DNA of 38,034 bases, taken from contig JAJHRB010000005.1 in NCBI GenBank assembly GCA_020833025.1, positions 1 to 38,034 on the forward strand, read 5' to 3'. A model generated the notes under the pieces. The model did not search any database and had not been told where the DNA came from. It saw nothing but the letters and a program-made list of their open reading frames with translations. The DNA is from Thermoproteaceae archaeon (GTDB taxonomy: Archaea > Thermoproteota > Thermoprotei > Thermoproteales > Thermoproteaceae). Below are positions 1 through 9,058 of the stretch, piece by piece. The position numbers and the translations under genes are program-made. How positions within the stretch are numbered: the stretch's first letter is position 1; every line of letters begins with the position of its first letter.

Positions 1-211
1 CGAGATTCCACTCCCTCGCGAGCCTCTCTACTATCCTGCGCACAGGCGTCACGTCGACGTCTGCATATGTCAACACGGAGATGTCTCCTACTCCAGCGGC
101 GCAGACCTCGGCCGTGACCCTCAGCGATATTGGAAACGCCGCGCCGAACCCCGTGGCTATTGCATTAATTACAGTGCCGCCGCCGTAGGCACACGCCCTC
201 TCGCACCTCAC
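1..211 (-). CDS. aroK: Archaeal GHMP-family shikimate kinase, 5' part only (runs off the left edge)
   Basis: Manual translation from GTG at 211: MRCERACAYGGGTVINAIATGFGAAFPISLRVTAEV. This matches the GxxTxINAIATGxGAAF N-terminus of archaeal shikimate kinases, and aroD is adjacent. Not in the ORF track because it is truncated. Confidence 0.85.
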   Translation of the reverse strand, partial: MRCERACAYGGGTVINAIATGFGAAFPISLRVTAEVCAAGVGDISVLTYADVDVTPVRRIVERLAREWNL

Positions 212-549
212 GCCACCGAGCTAGCGGGGGGAATTGTGCTTGGCCCTCCTGGCCCGCCGCGAGACTCTTACGATTCCTCTTTTGAGGCCCCCAGGCCCTG
301 ACGCTGTCCCTCCGCCAGTTCTCAATCACCTCCGCCGCGGCCTGCGCCTTTAAACTCTGCCCGAATTCCGGCATTTGTAAATTGTCGTGCGGCACCCGCT
401 TTGCACTGATAGGGGCGGCGCCGGCGCGAGCCTGCCGAGATGCACTACTGCAATTGTCGAGGGCGCGCCGCGGTAGAGCTCCTGATGCGGGAGGCGCGGC
501 CGGAGGGCCCTGGATCTCAAGAGGAAGGGCTGGAAGGGGCGCGAAGTAC

Positions 550-555
550 TTTAAG
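550..555 (+). promoter_or_regulatory. Candidate TATA box of aroD-CM
   Basis: TTTAAG lies ~20 nt upstream of GTG 575, the spacing of a leaderless archaeal transcript. Confidence 0.5.
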
Positions 556-574
556 CCCGGCCGGCCGGCCTGAC

Positions 575-1474
575 GTGGCGCCGCTTGCTTGCGGCGCGGT
601 TCCCGTGAGGAGGGGGCACGAGATCTACAGAGCGCTGAGAAGCCCCTTGCGGTGTCTCGAGCTGAGGCTGGACTACCTTGAGGTAGGCTTGAGTGAGGTC
701 CGGGCGGCCCTCGAGAGGGCCGCGAGCGAGCGAGTGGTAATCTTCACGGTGAGGCGGAGGGAGGAAGGTGGTGCGTGGCGCGGCAGCGAGGAGGAGCGGG
801 CAGAGCTGTACGCGAGACTCGTGGAGCTCAGGCCCAGCTACATCGACGTGGAGGTCGACTCGCCCATCGCCAGGCGCGTCGCCAGTCTGCGGGAGCGCGG
901 CGTTAGGCTGATAGCGAGCAAGCACGACTTTAGCGGTACGCCGCCCCTCGAGACGCTGGTTGAGTGGGCCAGGAAGGCTGCTGAGATCGGGGACGTGGTG
1001 AAGGTAGTGACGTACGCGCGCGAGCCGCGCGACGGCTTGCGCGTGCTGTCCATCATAGGCGCTGTCGACAAGCCCACCGTCGCGTTCGCCATGGGGCCAG
1101 CCGGCGTCTACACGAGAGTCGCCGCGGCGGTGCTGGGGAGCCCCATAGTTTACGTGTCGCTGGACGAGGCAACGGCGCCCGGGCAGATTCCTGCCGGGGC
1201 CTATTACGCGGCGCTTCTCGGCCTGGGCGTGGCGCCGGAGGGAGAGGGGCTAGACGCCATGAGGGAGGCGATTGACTGGGTGGACTCCGCGCTTGTGCAC
1301 TTGCTCCAGAGGAGGCTGGAGATATGCCGCGAGATCGGCAAGTTAAAGAGGGCGGCGGGAATTCCGCTGCACGACGACGCAAGGGAGGGCAGCGTGCTGG
1401 AGAGGGCCAGCCCCTTCAGGCAGCTCTTCGAGATCGCGGTCCAGATGTGCAAGGCGGTCCAGCTAGTGGCGTAG
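575..1474 (+). CDS. aroD: Type I 3-dehydroquinate dehydratase fused to a C-terminal AroQ-type chorismate mutase domain
   Basis: ELRLDYL, YIDVE, ASKHDFSGTP, VKVV and AFAMGPAGVYTRV are DHQase I motifs. The C-terminal LDAMREAIDWVDSALVHLLQRRLEICREIGKLK...DDARE is a CM_2 domain. Start moved from 440 to GTG 575 using the TATA position. Confidence 0.85.
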   Translation: MAPLACGAVPVRRGHEIYRALRSPLRCLELRLDYLEVGLSEVRAALERAASERVVIFTVRRREEGGAWRGSEEERAELYARLVELRPSYIDVEVDSPIARRVASLRERGVRLIASKHDFSGTPPLETLVEWARKAAEIGDVVKVVTYAREPRDGLRVLSIIGAVDKPTVAFAMGPAGVYTRVAAAVLGSPIVYVSLDEATAPGQIPAGAYYAALLGLGVAPEGEGLDAMREAIDWVDSALVHLLQRRLEICREIGKLKRAAGIPLHDDAREGSVLERASPFRQLFEIAVQMCKAVQLVA

Positions 1475-1590
1475 GCTCACTCCCCTGAGACCTGCCGCCT
1501 GCCTTCACTCCCTTTCAGGCTCTCGCCCCTGCTCCCGGCAGCGTGTTGACGGGAGCGCAAAAATGTAAATAGAGAGGGCGCGAGCCCGTC

Positions 1591-1911
1591 ATGGGCGTCG
1601 ATCTCACGTCAGCAATTTACGGCATGCTGAGGAGCGCGGCCGAGGAGGCGCTGCAGAAGGCCCTGAGGGGGAAGAAGCTCAGCGGCGAGGACGTGTTCCT
1701 GCTGTACCTGAGCACTCTGCTCAGCGAGGCCCAAGCGCTCAGGGCTGAGGTGGCCAAGCTCAACGAGAGACTCGGGAGAATAGACGCGGCCGCGGCGGAG
1801 CTCCAGAGGCAGCTCGCGGAGTTAAGGTCGGAGCTGGAGAGGCGCACCGGTATGCTGCCTGCGCTTGTCTCTGACATCTCCCGCCTGCTCTCGGGGCTCG
1901 TCAAAAAGTAG
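1591..1911 (+). CDS. Small coiled-coil hypothetical protein, resembling Pyrobaculum paREP15-type repeat proteins
   Basis: N-terminal GKKLSGEDVFLLYL segment followed by a heptad-rich helix. AT-rich promoter-like sequence at ~1559-1570. The family resemblance is from memory only. Confidence 0.6.
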   Translation: MGVDLTSAIYGMLRSAAEEALQKALRGKKLSGEDVFLLYLSTLLSEAQALRAEVAKLNERLGRIDAAAAELQRQLAELRSELERRTGMLPALVSDISRLLSGLVKK

Positions 1912-1944
1912 CCTGCACTTATATCGCGGGGCCTCTTAGCTGGC

Positions 1945-2688
1945 GTGGTCACGTTGTTCTTTCTCGGGCCTGCAGGGAGCGGCAAGACGACTCTAGTCTG
2001 GGCCTTCGGCAGATACCTAGAGCGTGAGGGATACGCCGTCAGCTACGTGAACCTGGACTGCGCCGCGGAGACGGTGCCCTACAGCGCGAGCTTCGACGTG
2101 AGGAGGTGGTTCACCCTCAGCGACATCATGAAGAGGTACGGACTGGGGCCCAACGGGGCGATGGTCAAGAGCCTCGAACTCATTCTGGAGAGGCTTGGCG
2201 CGGTCAGAGAGATCTTCGGCAAGCTCGAGAGGAGCAGCGAGTACGTGCTGGTGGACACGCCGGGCCAGCTAGAGCCGCTCGTGTTTCATAACGCGGGCCC
2301 GCTAATACTGCGCGGGGCGTCGAGCTCGGGAGTCGGGGTGTTCCTGGTGCCCGTAGACGTCCTGAAAACGCCCAGGGACGCCGTCTTCCTGACGCTGACG
2401 GCTCTCAGCATTAAGTACCGCCTGGACATACCGCTCGTCACGGTGTTCTCCAAGCGCGACCTCGCGACAGAGCCTCCCGACATCGACTCCGTGTTCAAGT
2501 TCGACGTGTCGAGTTTTTCCGGGCTGGGGGTCGAGGGCGAGCTCGCCTACAGGCTGATGCAGGTGATCAGGGAGTACGGCGCGCTGAGGCAGAGGCCTGT
2601 TTTCGTCTCGTCGCTCACCGAGGAGGGGCTCGACGACCTCCTCAGCGTGATCCACGAGGTGGCGTGCACGTGCGGCGACATGAGGTGA
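1945..2688 (+). CDS. GPN-loop GTPase
   Basis: GPAGSGKTT (G1), NLD, GLGPNGA (GPN motif), DTPGQ (G3), FSKRD (G4), C-terminal CTCGD. Confidence 0.92.
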   Translation: MVTLFFLGPAGSGKTTLVWAFGRYLEREGYAVSYVNLDCAAETVPYSASFDVRRWFTLSDIMKRYGLGPNGAMVKSLELILERLGAVREIFGKLERSSEYVLVDTPGQLEPLVFHNAGPLILRGASSSGVGVFLVPVDVLKTPRDAVFLTLTALSIKYRLDIPLVTVFSKRDLATEPPDIDSVFKFDVSSFSGLGVEGELAYRLMQVIREYGALRQRPVFVSSLTEEGLDDLLSVIHEVACTCGDMR

Positions 2689-2689
2689 A

Positions 2690-3190
2690 ATGCTCGTGGC
2701 AGGAGTCGACCTCTCCGTGCGCAGACCGTCAGCAATTGCAGTGCTCGACGGCTGCGAGCTCGCGTACTTCGGGCTGGCGCGGGGCGACGACGAGATACTC
2801 TACGCCGTGTCGCTGCTGAGGCCCTCCGTAGTGGCAATCGACGCGCCGCTGTCCTACCCGCCGGAGGGCAGGGCGCTGAGGGACGTGGAGCTGGAGCTCG
2901 CGAGGCTAGGCTATAGGCTGCTGCCGCCGCTAATGGGCGCGATGAGGGAGCTTGCGGCGCGCGGCATCAGGCTCAGCAGGCGGTTGCAGTGCGAGGTGAT
3001 AGAGGTCCACCCGACGACGAGCCTCAAGGCGATGGGGATCTCGAGGGAGGAGCTCGGGCGGGCCGTCGGCCTGAGCAGCAGGGACCTGCTAGACGCGCAT
3101 GCCGCCGCGCTGACTGCAGTGGCCTACGCGAGGGGGCTCTACAGGAGGTTTGGACCCTTCGTGCTGCCCACCGCAAGAGTCTGCGTGTAG
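2690..3190 (+). CDS. DUF429 family predicted RNase H-fold nuclease
   Basis: AGVDLS, AIDAPLS, RDVELEL, IEVHPTTS and DAHAAAL acidic motifs. Starts 1 nt after the GTPase stop. Confidence 0.82.
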   Translation: MLVAGVDLSVRRPSAIAVLDGCELAYFGLARGDDEILYAVSLLRPSVVAIDAPLSYPPEGRALRDVELELARLGYRLLPPLMGAMRELAARGIRLSRRLQCEVIEVHPTTSLKAMGISREELGRAVGLSSRDLLDAHAAALTAVAYARGLYRRFGPFVLPTARVCV

Positions 3191-3608
3191 CCGAGAGACC
3201 AGACGTGCGCAGAACTAGGCAGTAGCCAGCCTGAGTACGCCACGTACGGCACGTAGGGATCCTCATAGAGAGCCATAAGGCTGCTTTCTTTCCTGGGCTA
3301 GGCAGCGGGAGTTATCTTCGGCGCGAATCACAAAGTCGTTAACGTCAACCCCCTCTAGCCCCTCTCTGAACTCATTCAGCAGAGTTTTTCACCTCGCCTG
3401 TGTAGTGCTCTGCGACTCTCAGCTGACCCGCAAGGCAGTCCTCGCCACGTCGTCGATCCTGGCGCGGCTCAATAGAGGATCTCCTTCCACCTCAGCAGCA
3501 ACTCCCTCCATGGTGGAGGTCTGGCCTGCTCTTAATAATTGAATGGAGGGGCTTCTAATGAAGCGCCGTCCACCGCAAGCAGTAAAATCTCAAGAGGAGT
3601 AGGGTCGC

Positions 3609-3878
3609 GTGGTCAACCCGATGAAACAAGTCTTTAACAAGATAAAGTGGACAGGACGGAGGGGCTACTTCCGCTACATCGACAGGGGCAGCCCGGGCGG
3701 GGAGGCCGAGTGCCCGACAGACGCCATCGTTGAGATAGGGGCCGGCGGCGTGGTCGTGTCGTCCGGGGGCGGCGTCAAGTACATCCCCTACCACAGGATA
3801 GTTGAAATAAGGCTTGAGACGGGCGAGGTGCTGCTCTCGCGCAGGAGAGGCGGCTTCACGCAACGGCAATCCCGTTGA
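3609..3878 (+). CDS. DUF504/UPF0248 family small protein
   Basis: NKIKW, YIDRG and IPYHRIVEI signature. An alternative ATG lies at 3621. Confidence 0.8.
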   Translation: MVNPMKQVFNKIKWTGRRGYFRYIDRGSPGGEAECPTDAIVEIGAGGVVVSSGGGVKYIPYHRIVEIRLETGEVLLSRRRGGFTQRQSR

Positions 3879-4782
3879 CGACCAGAGGCCCCTCTCGCAT
3901 TACCGTGCCAATCACAGCAGGCCTAAGCGACTCCAGCTCGCGCAGCGCCTCCTGAACGCGGTCCCTCTCGGTGTATACCACCATTCCGACCCCCATGTTG
4001 AACACGCGGTAGGCCTCCTCGGGCTCAACGCCGCGCCTGACGACCTCCCTGAACAGGCACGGAACCTCGAACGAAATCTCGGCGCCGAGCTCCCCGAGGG
4101 CCTTCTTGAGCTTCCTGAGGCCCCCGCCGGTTACGTGAACGGCGCCTGCCACCGCGCCGGACTTCATAGCGCCGAGCACCGCGCTGTAGTCCGCGACCTC
4201 AGCCAGGAGGAGCTCCGCGGCGCTGCTGCCGCAGATGCTCTCGTCGCGCCTGAAGAGGCGCCTCAGCAGGCTGTAGCCGTTGGCGTGGGGGCCGGTCGAC
4301 GGCAGGCCTATCAGCGCGTCGCCGGGTCTCGGGGGCCTCGTTCTCGCCGCTCTTACGCCGAGCACCGCGCACACCACGTCGATCCCGGTTATCACGCCGG
4401 GGAGGATCGCGGTCTCGCCTCCCAGCAGCGCGATCCCGAGCTCCCCGGCCTTTGATGCCGCGCCCGACACGAGTCTCGGGACTTTCTCGAGGTGCTGGGG
4501 CTCCACCGCTATGTAGTCGACCGCGGCAACGGGCTTGAAGCCGTCGCACACGAGATCGTTCACGTTCACGGTAATGCAGTCCCTGCCAATCACCTCCAGC
4601 CTGTCCGCCTCCAGCGCCAGGATTGCCTTAGTGCCCACGCCGTCCACGTGCAGCGTCACCTCGGCGCCGGAGAGGCTCATCCAGCGCGTGTACAGCCCCC
4701 TCTCGCCGCTTAGGAACCTTGCAATCTCGCGGTGGACCGCCCAGTGCCTGTCAATGTCAACCCCTGCGTCCCTGTATCTCAT
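3856..4782 (-). CDS. purM: Phosphoribosylformylglycinamidine cyclo-ligase (AIR synthase)
   Basis: YRDAGVDI, DGVGTK, NVNDL, GGETAILP, GPHANGYSLLR, HVTGGG, YRVFNMGVGM. Confidence 0.96.
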   Translation of the reverse strand: MRYRDAGVDIDRHWAVHREIARFLSGERGLYTRWMSLSGAEVTLHVDGVGTKAILALEADRLEVIGRDCITVNVNDLVCDGFKPVAAVDYIAVEPQHLEKVPRLVSGAASKAGELGIALLGGETAILPGVITGIDVVCAVLGVRAARTRPPRPGDALIGLPSTGPHANGYSLLRRLFRRDESICGSSAAELLLAEVADYSAVLGAMKSGAVAGAVHVTGGGLRKLKKALGELGAEISFEVPCLFREVVRRGVEPEEAYRVFNMGVGMVVYTERDRVQEALRELESLRPAVIGTVMREGPLVVNGIAVA

Positions 4783-5900
4783 CGCTCCCGCCTCATGCAG
4801 AGCGTGCAGACCTGAAGGCCGGTCTCTCCGAGCGCCGCCTCGAGCTCGCCGGGCGTCAGATAGACAAGCCCGTCAACCTCGAGCACGTGCATTGCGTCGG
4901 CGGGGCCTACTGCGTTGAAAAGCATGTGGCTCTCTGGCGGCATCTTTAAGCCGTGCGGGCACCTCCTCCTGAGAGGCGGCGCGGCTATTGCCGCATAGAC
5001 CTCGAGAGCCCCGGCCTTGTGGCGGAGCAGCTGGGATGCGAGCTTGATCGTCATGCCGCTTATCAGGCTGTCGTCGACTAGCAGCACGCGCCTGTCCCTC
5101 ACGGCAGACTCGATTATACCAGCCTTCAACTGCGCCGCCGCCACCCTCTCCAGCGTCTCGTCGAGAAGCGCGCTCCTGCCGCGCTCTGTTACTACAAAGG
5201 CAGGCACGTACGGCTTTCCCAGCGCCGCGGCGAGAGACGCTGCGTAGTACGCCCCCGTCTCTGGAATTCCCGTGACCACGTCAACATCAAATGTTATCTT
5301 GCTGGCCAGGAGTCTGGCTGCCCTCTCCCTGGCGGCTGCCACCTCCACGCCGTCTATTCTGCTGTCGGGTCTCGATGTGTATATCAGCTCGAGCGCGCAG
5401 AGAGGCCCCGAGGTGTCCTCGCGGCTTGACCTCACGTACATCTCGCTTATCTCCACGGTCTCGCCCGGCAGGAGACTCCTCCTGAGGCTCCCGCCGAGAA
5501 TCTCTATTGCCGCGCTCTCCGTGGCGACGACTATGAAGTCAAATCCGTGAGCGCCGAGTGCCAGGTGCCACAGCGGCGTGCCCCTTCTCGCGATCACGAC
5601 GCCATCTCTCCTGAGCTCCACGTACGTGCCGCTGCCCGCAACGGCGCACCTGACGCCCCCGGGACTCTCGGCACAGCAGCCGCCGTCAGGAGACACGCAG
5701 CCGACTGCGGCAGTTCCGCGCGCCGACACTCTCGCCTCCCTCGCCAGCCTGACGTTCACCTCTCTCACTCCTGAGCTAGTAAGAACGTAAGCCTCTGCGC
5801 GCTCGCCGCGATTCAACATTGCCTTAAGGCCGTAGTGCACGAATGGACCGAGCTCGGCGGCCCCGCTCGCGCTGTACACTGCGAGAAGCCCCGCGGACAT
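4779..5900 (-). CDS. PurF paralogue lacking the catalytic N-terminal Cys (amidophosphoribosyltransferase-like)
   Basis: The true start is ATG 5900, 2 nt after the purQ stop: MSAGLLAVY. Retains CALELIY, the PRPP loop LLVDDSLISGMT, RRCPHG and CTLC. The ORF track's extension to 6290 overlaps purQ. Confidence 0.88.
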   Translation of the reverse strand: MSAGLLAVYSASGAAELGPFVHYGLKAMLNRGERAEAYVLTSSGVREVNVRLAREARVSARGTAAVGCVSPDGGCCAESPGGVRCAVAGSGTYVELRRDGVVIARRGTPLWHLALGAHGFDFIVVATESAAIEILGGSLRRSLLPGETVEISEMYVRSSREDTSGPLCALELIYTSRPDSRIDGVEVAAARERAARLLASKITFDVDVVTGIPETGAYYAASLAAALGKPYVPAFVVTERGRSALLDETLERVAAAQLKAGIIESAVRDRRVLLVDDSLISGMTIKLASQLLRHKAGALEVYAAIAAPPLRRRCPHGLKMPPESHMLFNAVGPADAMHVLEVDGLVYLTPGELEAALGETGLQVCTLCMRRER

Positions 5901-5902
5901 TG

Positions 5903-6544
5903 TCACTCCTTGAGCCAGAGCTTTAGGCTGAGCCAGAGCTTCAGCCCGCCGGTGCCGTTTCTCGAGACGTCGCGGTCCACCGCGCGCTCGGGGTGCGGCA
6001 TGAGGCCGAGTATGTTGCCGCGGCTGACTCCCGCCGTGTTGCCGTGAGACCCGTTTGGATTGTCTATGTAGGCCACCGCGCGCGTGTAGGGGCCTGTCGG
6101 AATGTAGCGGCCCTCCGCGTGGGCCACAGGCATGTAGACAACCTCGCCGGGCTCGTACAAGTGCGTGAACGGAGTCTTTACGTCCAGAACCGAGACCCGG
6201 ACCCACTTGCACACAAACCCCGGGGGGTCGTTGGGCACGAGCGCGCCGGGCAGCAAGCCAGCCTCCGTCAAGACTTGAAAGCCGTTGCATATGCCGAGCA
6301 CCGGCACTCCACTGTCCGCGTCCTCCCTCAAGTGCCCGACGGCGCTAGTCTGTGCCGCGATGGCGCCTGCCCTGAGATAGTCACCGTAGCTGAAGCCGCC
6401 GGCGATCACGATCGCGTCGTAAGTCCCGCTTCTGTAGTCTCTGTGCCACACGACCTCGCCGCGCAAGCCGACTATCTCCAGAGCCCTGAGAACGTCATAC
6501 TCGCAGTTCGTCCCGGGGAACTTTAAAATTGCCACCCTATGCAT
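5903..6544 (-). CDS. purQ: FGAM synthase glutaminase subunit PurQ
   Basis: VAILKFPGTNCE, GGFSYGDYLRAGA, GICNGFQ, AHAEG, MPHPER. Start set at ATG 6544. Confidence 0.97.
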   Translation of the reverse strand: MHRVAILKFPGTNCEYDVLRALEIVGLRGEVVWHRDYRSGTYDAIVIAGGFSYGDYLRAGAIAAQTSAVGHLREDADSGVPVLGICNGFQVLTEAGLLPGALVPNDPPGFVCKWVRVSVLDVKTPFTHLYEPGEVVYMPVAHAEGRYIPTGPYTRAVAYIDNPNGSHGNTAGVSRGNILGLMPHPERAVDRDVSRNGTGGLKLWLSLKLWLKE

Positions 6545-6791
6545 GCTGGACTCTGACAACCTCTATCACGTGCACGTTCGGGTTCCCGAGTCTCACGTCC
6601 CACGCGAGCTTGAGCGCCCTCTCCTTAGCCTCCTCCTCGCTGCTCGCCTCGAGCAGCAAGACGAGACACTTGCCCGCCCTAACCTTCACGCCTATGCCGC
6701 GCCTCTCGAATATCTCCTGCTGAATAGTCTCTCCCTCGGGATCCCTGATTCCCGGCTTGTAGGCGATGTTCAGGTATACCGCGTACCTCAT
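6537..6791 (-). CDS. purS: FGAM synthase subunit PurS
   Basis: MRYAVYLNIAYKPGIRDPEGETI...VRAGK...LGNPNV (84 aa). It is the C-terminal part of the track ORF 6537..7511, and its ATG overlaps the purD stop (ATGA). Confidence 0.93.
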   Translation of the reverse strand: MRYAVYLNIAYKPGIRDPEGETIQQEIFERRGIGVKVRAGKCLVLLLEASSEEEAKERALKLAWDVRLGNPNVHVIEVVRVQHA

Positions 6792-8224
6792 AGCGAGTAC
6801 TCTGTCACGCCCGCTCCCGGCTCCCACACCAGCACCCTGCCGCCGAGGCCGCGCGCCCTCCTCCACTTGTAGACGCGCCTGGCCTTCTCCGCCGCTGCTG
6901 CCATCGCGAGCATGTACTCCGGGGACCCTATGTCGCGTCGGTAGAACACCCCGTCCCCGTCGACGGCCGACACGCACCTTTCTACCCTCTCGTAGGCCTC
7001 CCGCGGCGAGGCTCCCGCGGCGAGAATCTCCAGCGCGCGGGAGCCGAGGGTCACGTAGGCGCCGCCGCGCTCCTCGACCGACGCAAAGAAGACGAGACAC
7101 CCGGCCTTCCTCACGGCGTTCCAGTCGACGTGCACGCGCCTGCCCCGGGCCAGGTCTCTCTTGAGGGGGTACCCGACCGGCGCGACGGCCTTGACTATCG
7201 TGAACTCGCTCTTGAACCTCTGCTCCGCCTTGTGGAGCTTGCCGTCCGCCGCCAGACTGAAGAGCTCGTATGCATCTCCCTCGTACAGGTAAAGCGCATT
7301 GACGGCCTCGGGGTCTCCCAGCCTGCTGTAGTACTCGATAATGACCGGGCCCCTTGCCGTGAGCATCATCTGCCCGCTCACGACTCCGACGTACCTCTCG
7401 CCAGTCTCGCTCTGCAGGGCCCTGACCGAGGCCTCCACCGCGCGCCGCGACTCCTCGACCTCCTCCGGCTCTAGGAAGGGGAGCGGGGATATCGAGCCCA
7501 TGCCGCCGCACTCGGGCCCCACGCCGAACTCGTACGCATGGGGGTTGTCCTGAACTGGCGGGAAGAAAAAGAGCGTCTCGCCGTCGCTAAGCGCTTGAAT
7601 TGTGAACTCGACGCCCCACACGGCCTCCTCGACGAGAACCGCGCCGTCGGCGTCGCCGTACTGCAGTACGTGTTTCAGCACGTCTTCAACACTCCTGCGG
7701 TACGCATCGTCCAGATCCAGGTATCTAACATCGCCGTGGAGCACCCTCACGCCCTTGCCTCCTGCCTGTCTGACGGGCTTTATTGCCACGGCGCCGAGAT
7801 ACTTGCTGTACTCCCGCGCCTCCTCCGCGCTCTTGAACACCCTGTAGATCAGCCTCCCGGGAATTCTGTACTTCCACTGGAGGGACCTCGCAAAGTCCTT
7901 GCGCATTTCAATGAGCGCCAGCCTCTTGGAGGCGCCGATGACCCTGAAGCCCCTCTCGCGCAGCGCGTCGGCAACGCCCGAGAATAGCGGCTCCTCAGGC
8001 CCTACTATGACAAGCTCTGGTGAGAACTCCTCCGCCGCCTTAACCGCAAGCCCGGGGTCCGTGACCTTGCCGAGGAAGAGCCTGCCGCCGGTTCTCCTCG
8101 CGACGCCCTCCAGACCTGGATTTACGTGGGATGCCAGCGCCCCGACCACGGCGCCGGATCTCTCCAGCGCCCACGCTATTGCGTGCTCCCTAGCGCCGTC
8201 TCCAATCACCAAGACGCGTCTCAC
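6788..8224 (-). CDS. purD: Phosphoribosylamine-glycine ligase
   Basis: VLVIGDGAREHAIAWAL, VGPEEPL, QAGGKGV, QDNPH, GGMG, EYYSRLGDPE. Start GTG 8224 lies ~22 nt from TTTAAA. Confidence 0.96.
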   Translation of the reverse strand: MRRVLVIGDGAREHAIAWALERSGAVVGALASHVNPGLEGVARRTGGRLFLGKVTDPGLAVKAAEEFSPELVIVGPEEPLFSGVADALRERGFRVIGASKRLALIEMRKDFARSLQWKYRIPGRLIYRVFKSAEEAREYSKYLGAVAIKPVRQAGGKGVRVLHGDVRYLDLDDAYRRSVEDVLKHVLQYGDADGAVLVEEAVWGVEFTIQALSDGETLFFFPPVQDNPHAYEFGVGPECGGMGSISPLPFLEPEEVEESRRAVEASVRALQSETGERYVGVVSGQMMLTARGPVIIEYYSRLGDPEAVNALYLYEGDAYELFSLAADGKLHKAEQRFKSEFTIVKAVAPVGYPLKRDLARGRRVHVDWNAVRKAGCLVFFASVEERGGAYVTLGSRALEILAAGASPREAYERVERCVSAVDGDGVFYRRDIGSPEYMLAMAAAAEKARRVYKWRRARGLGGRVLVWEPGAGVTEYSL

Positions 8225-8341
8225 GGCGCGCTCGCGCCGGCTCACTTTAAAAGCTTGCGTAAATTCACGCGCGTAATACAGCCCGCGCTGCGGCCGCAAA
8301 TTAAAGCAAAGCGTTAAAAGAGGGCCAGGGCATTCGCAGCA
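8225..8341. promoter_or_regulatory. Divergent purD/purC promoter region
   Basis: AT-rich boxes (TTTAAAAG at 8246-8253; TTAAAAG at ~8314-8320), each ~20-25 nt from the respective start codon. Confidence 0.6.
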
Positions 8342-9058
8342 ATGAGGCCCCTCTACGAGGGGAAGTCAAAAGTCATTTACTTACTGCCGGAGGGCAGCCT
8401 GCTGCTAGTATTTAAGGACGAGGTAACGGCATTTGACGGCGCCAGGCGCGACGTGGTGCCTGGCAAGGGAGTGCTGGCGGCATCGCTGTCTGCGCTGCTC
8501 TTTGAGTACCTGAGGGGCGCCGGCGTGGACAATCACTTCATAAGGCAGCCCGGCGGCAACGCCATAGAGGCCCGCAGAGCCGATGCAATACCGCTGGAGG
8601 TCATCGTGAGATTCAAGGCGTACGGCAGTTACCTCAAGAGAATGCCCCTGGTCAAGCCGCTGCAAACCTTCAGGGAGCCGGTAGTTGAGTTTCACTACAA
8701 GAGCGACGAGCTTCGCGACCCCCTACTCCTGCCGCGCGATATACTCGAATCCGGGCTCATGAACGAGGCGGAGCTGGCAGAGGCAGAGAGGCTCGCCGTT
8801 GCGGCGGCCAGGGCGCTGCGCGAGCTTTACGGCCGCGTGGGATGCGACCTCATCGATATCAAGTTCGAGGTGGGGAGGCTCGGAGGGAGGCTGCTGATAA
8901 TAGACGAAATAAGCGGCGACACATTCAGGCTCCTGTGTGACGGGGAGCACCTCGACAAGGAGTACTATAGGAAGACCGGAGACGCGGGCGGGCTCCTCAA
9001 GCGCTACGAGGAACTGCTACGCGTGACCAGAGAGGCCCTGGGTCTCGGCAGGCAGTAG
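8342..9058 (+). CDS. purC: SAICAR synthetase
   Basis: YEGKSK, FKDEVTAFDG, IPLEVIVR, EFHYKSD, DIKFEVG, DEISGDTFRL, DKEYYR. Confidence 0.97.
   Translation: MRPLYEGKSKVIYLLPEGSLLLVFKDEVTAFDGARRDVVPGKGVLAASLSALLFEYLRGAGVDNHFIRQPGGNAIEARRADAIPLEVIVRFKAYGSYLKRMPLVKPLQTFREPVVEFHYKSDELRDPLLLPRDILESGLMNEAELAEAERLAVAAARALRELYGRVGCDLIDIKFEVGRLGGRLLIIDEISGDTFRLLCDGEHLDKEYYRKTGDAGGLLKRYEELLRVTREALGLGRQ

Noticed and set aside
165-395. 76-aa minus-strand ORF
   Set aside because: It overlaps the shikimate kinase start out of frame and has no recognisable motif.
4779-8299. Long N-terminal extensions in track ORFs for the purF-like gene, purS and purD (also purN, purF, purL and dsrK-1)
   Set aside because: The extensions overlap upstream genes or promoters. 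Family N-termini and TATA spacing indicate the internal starts used here.
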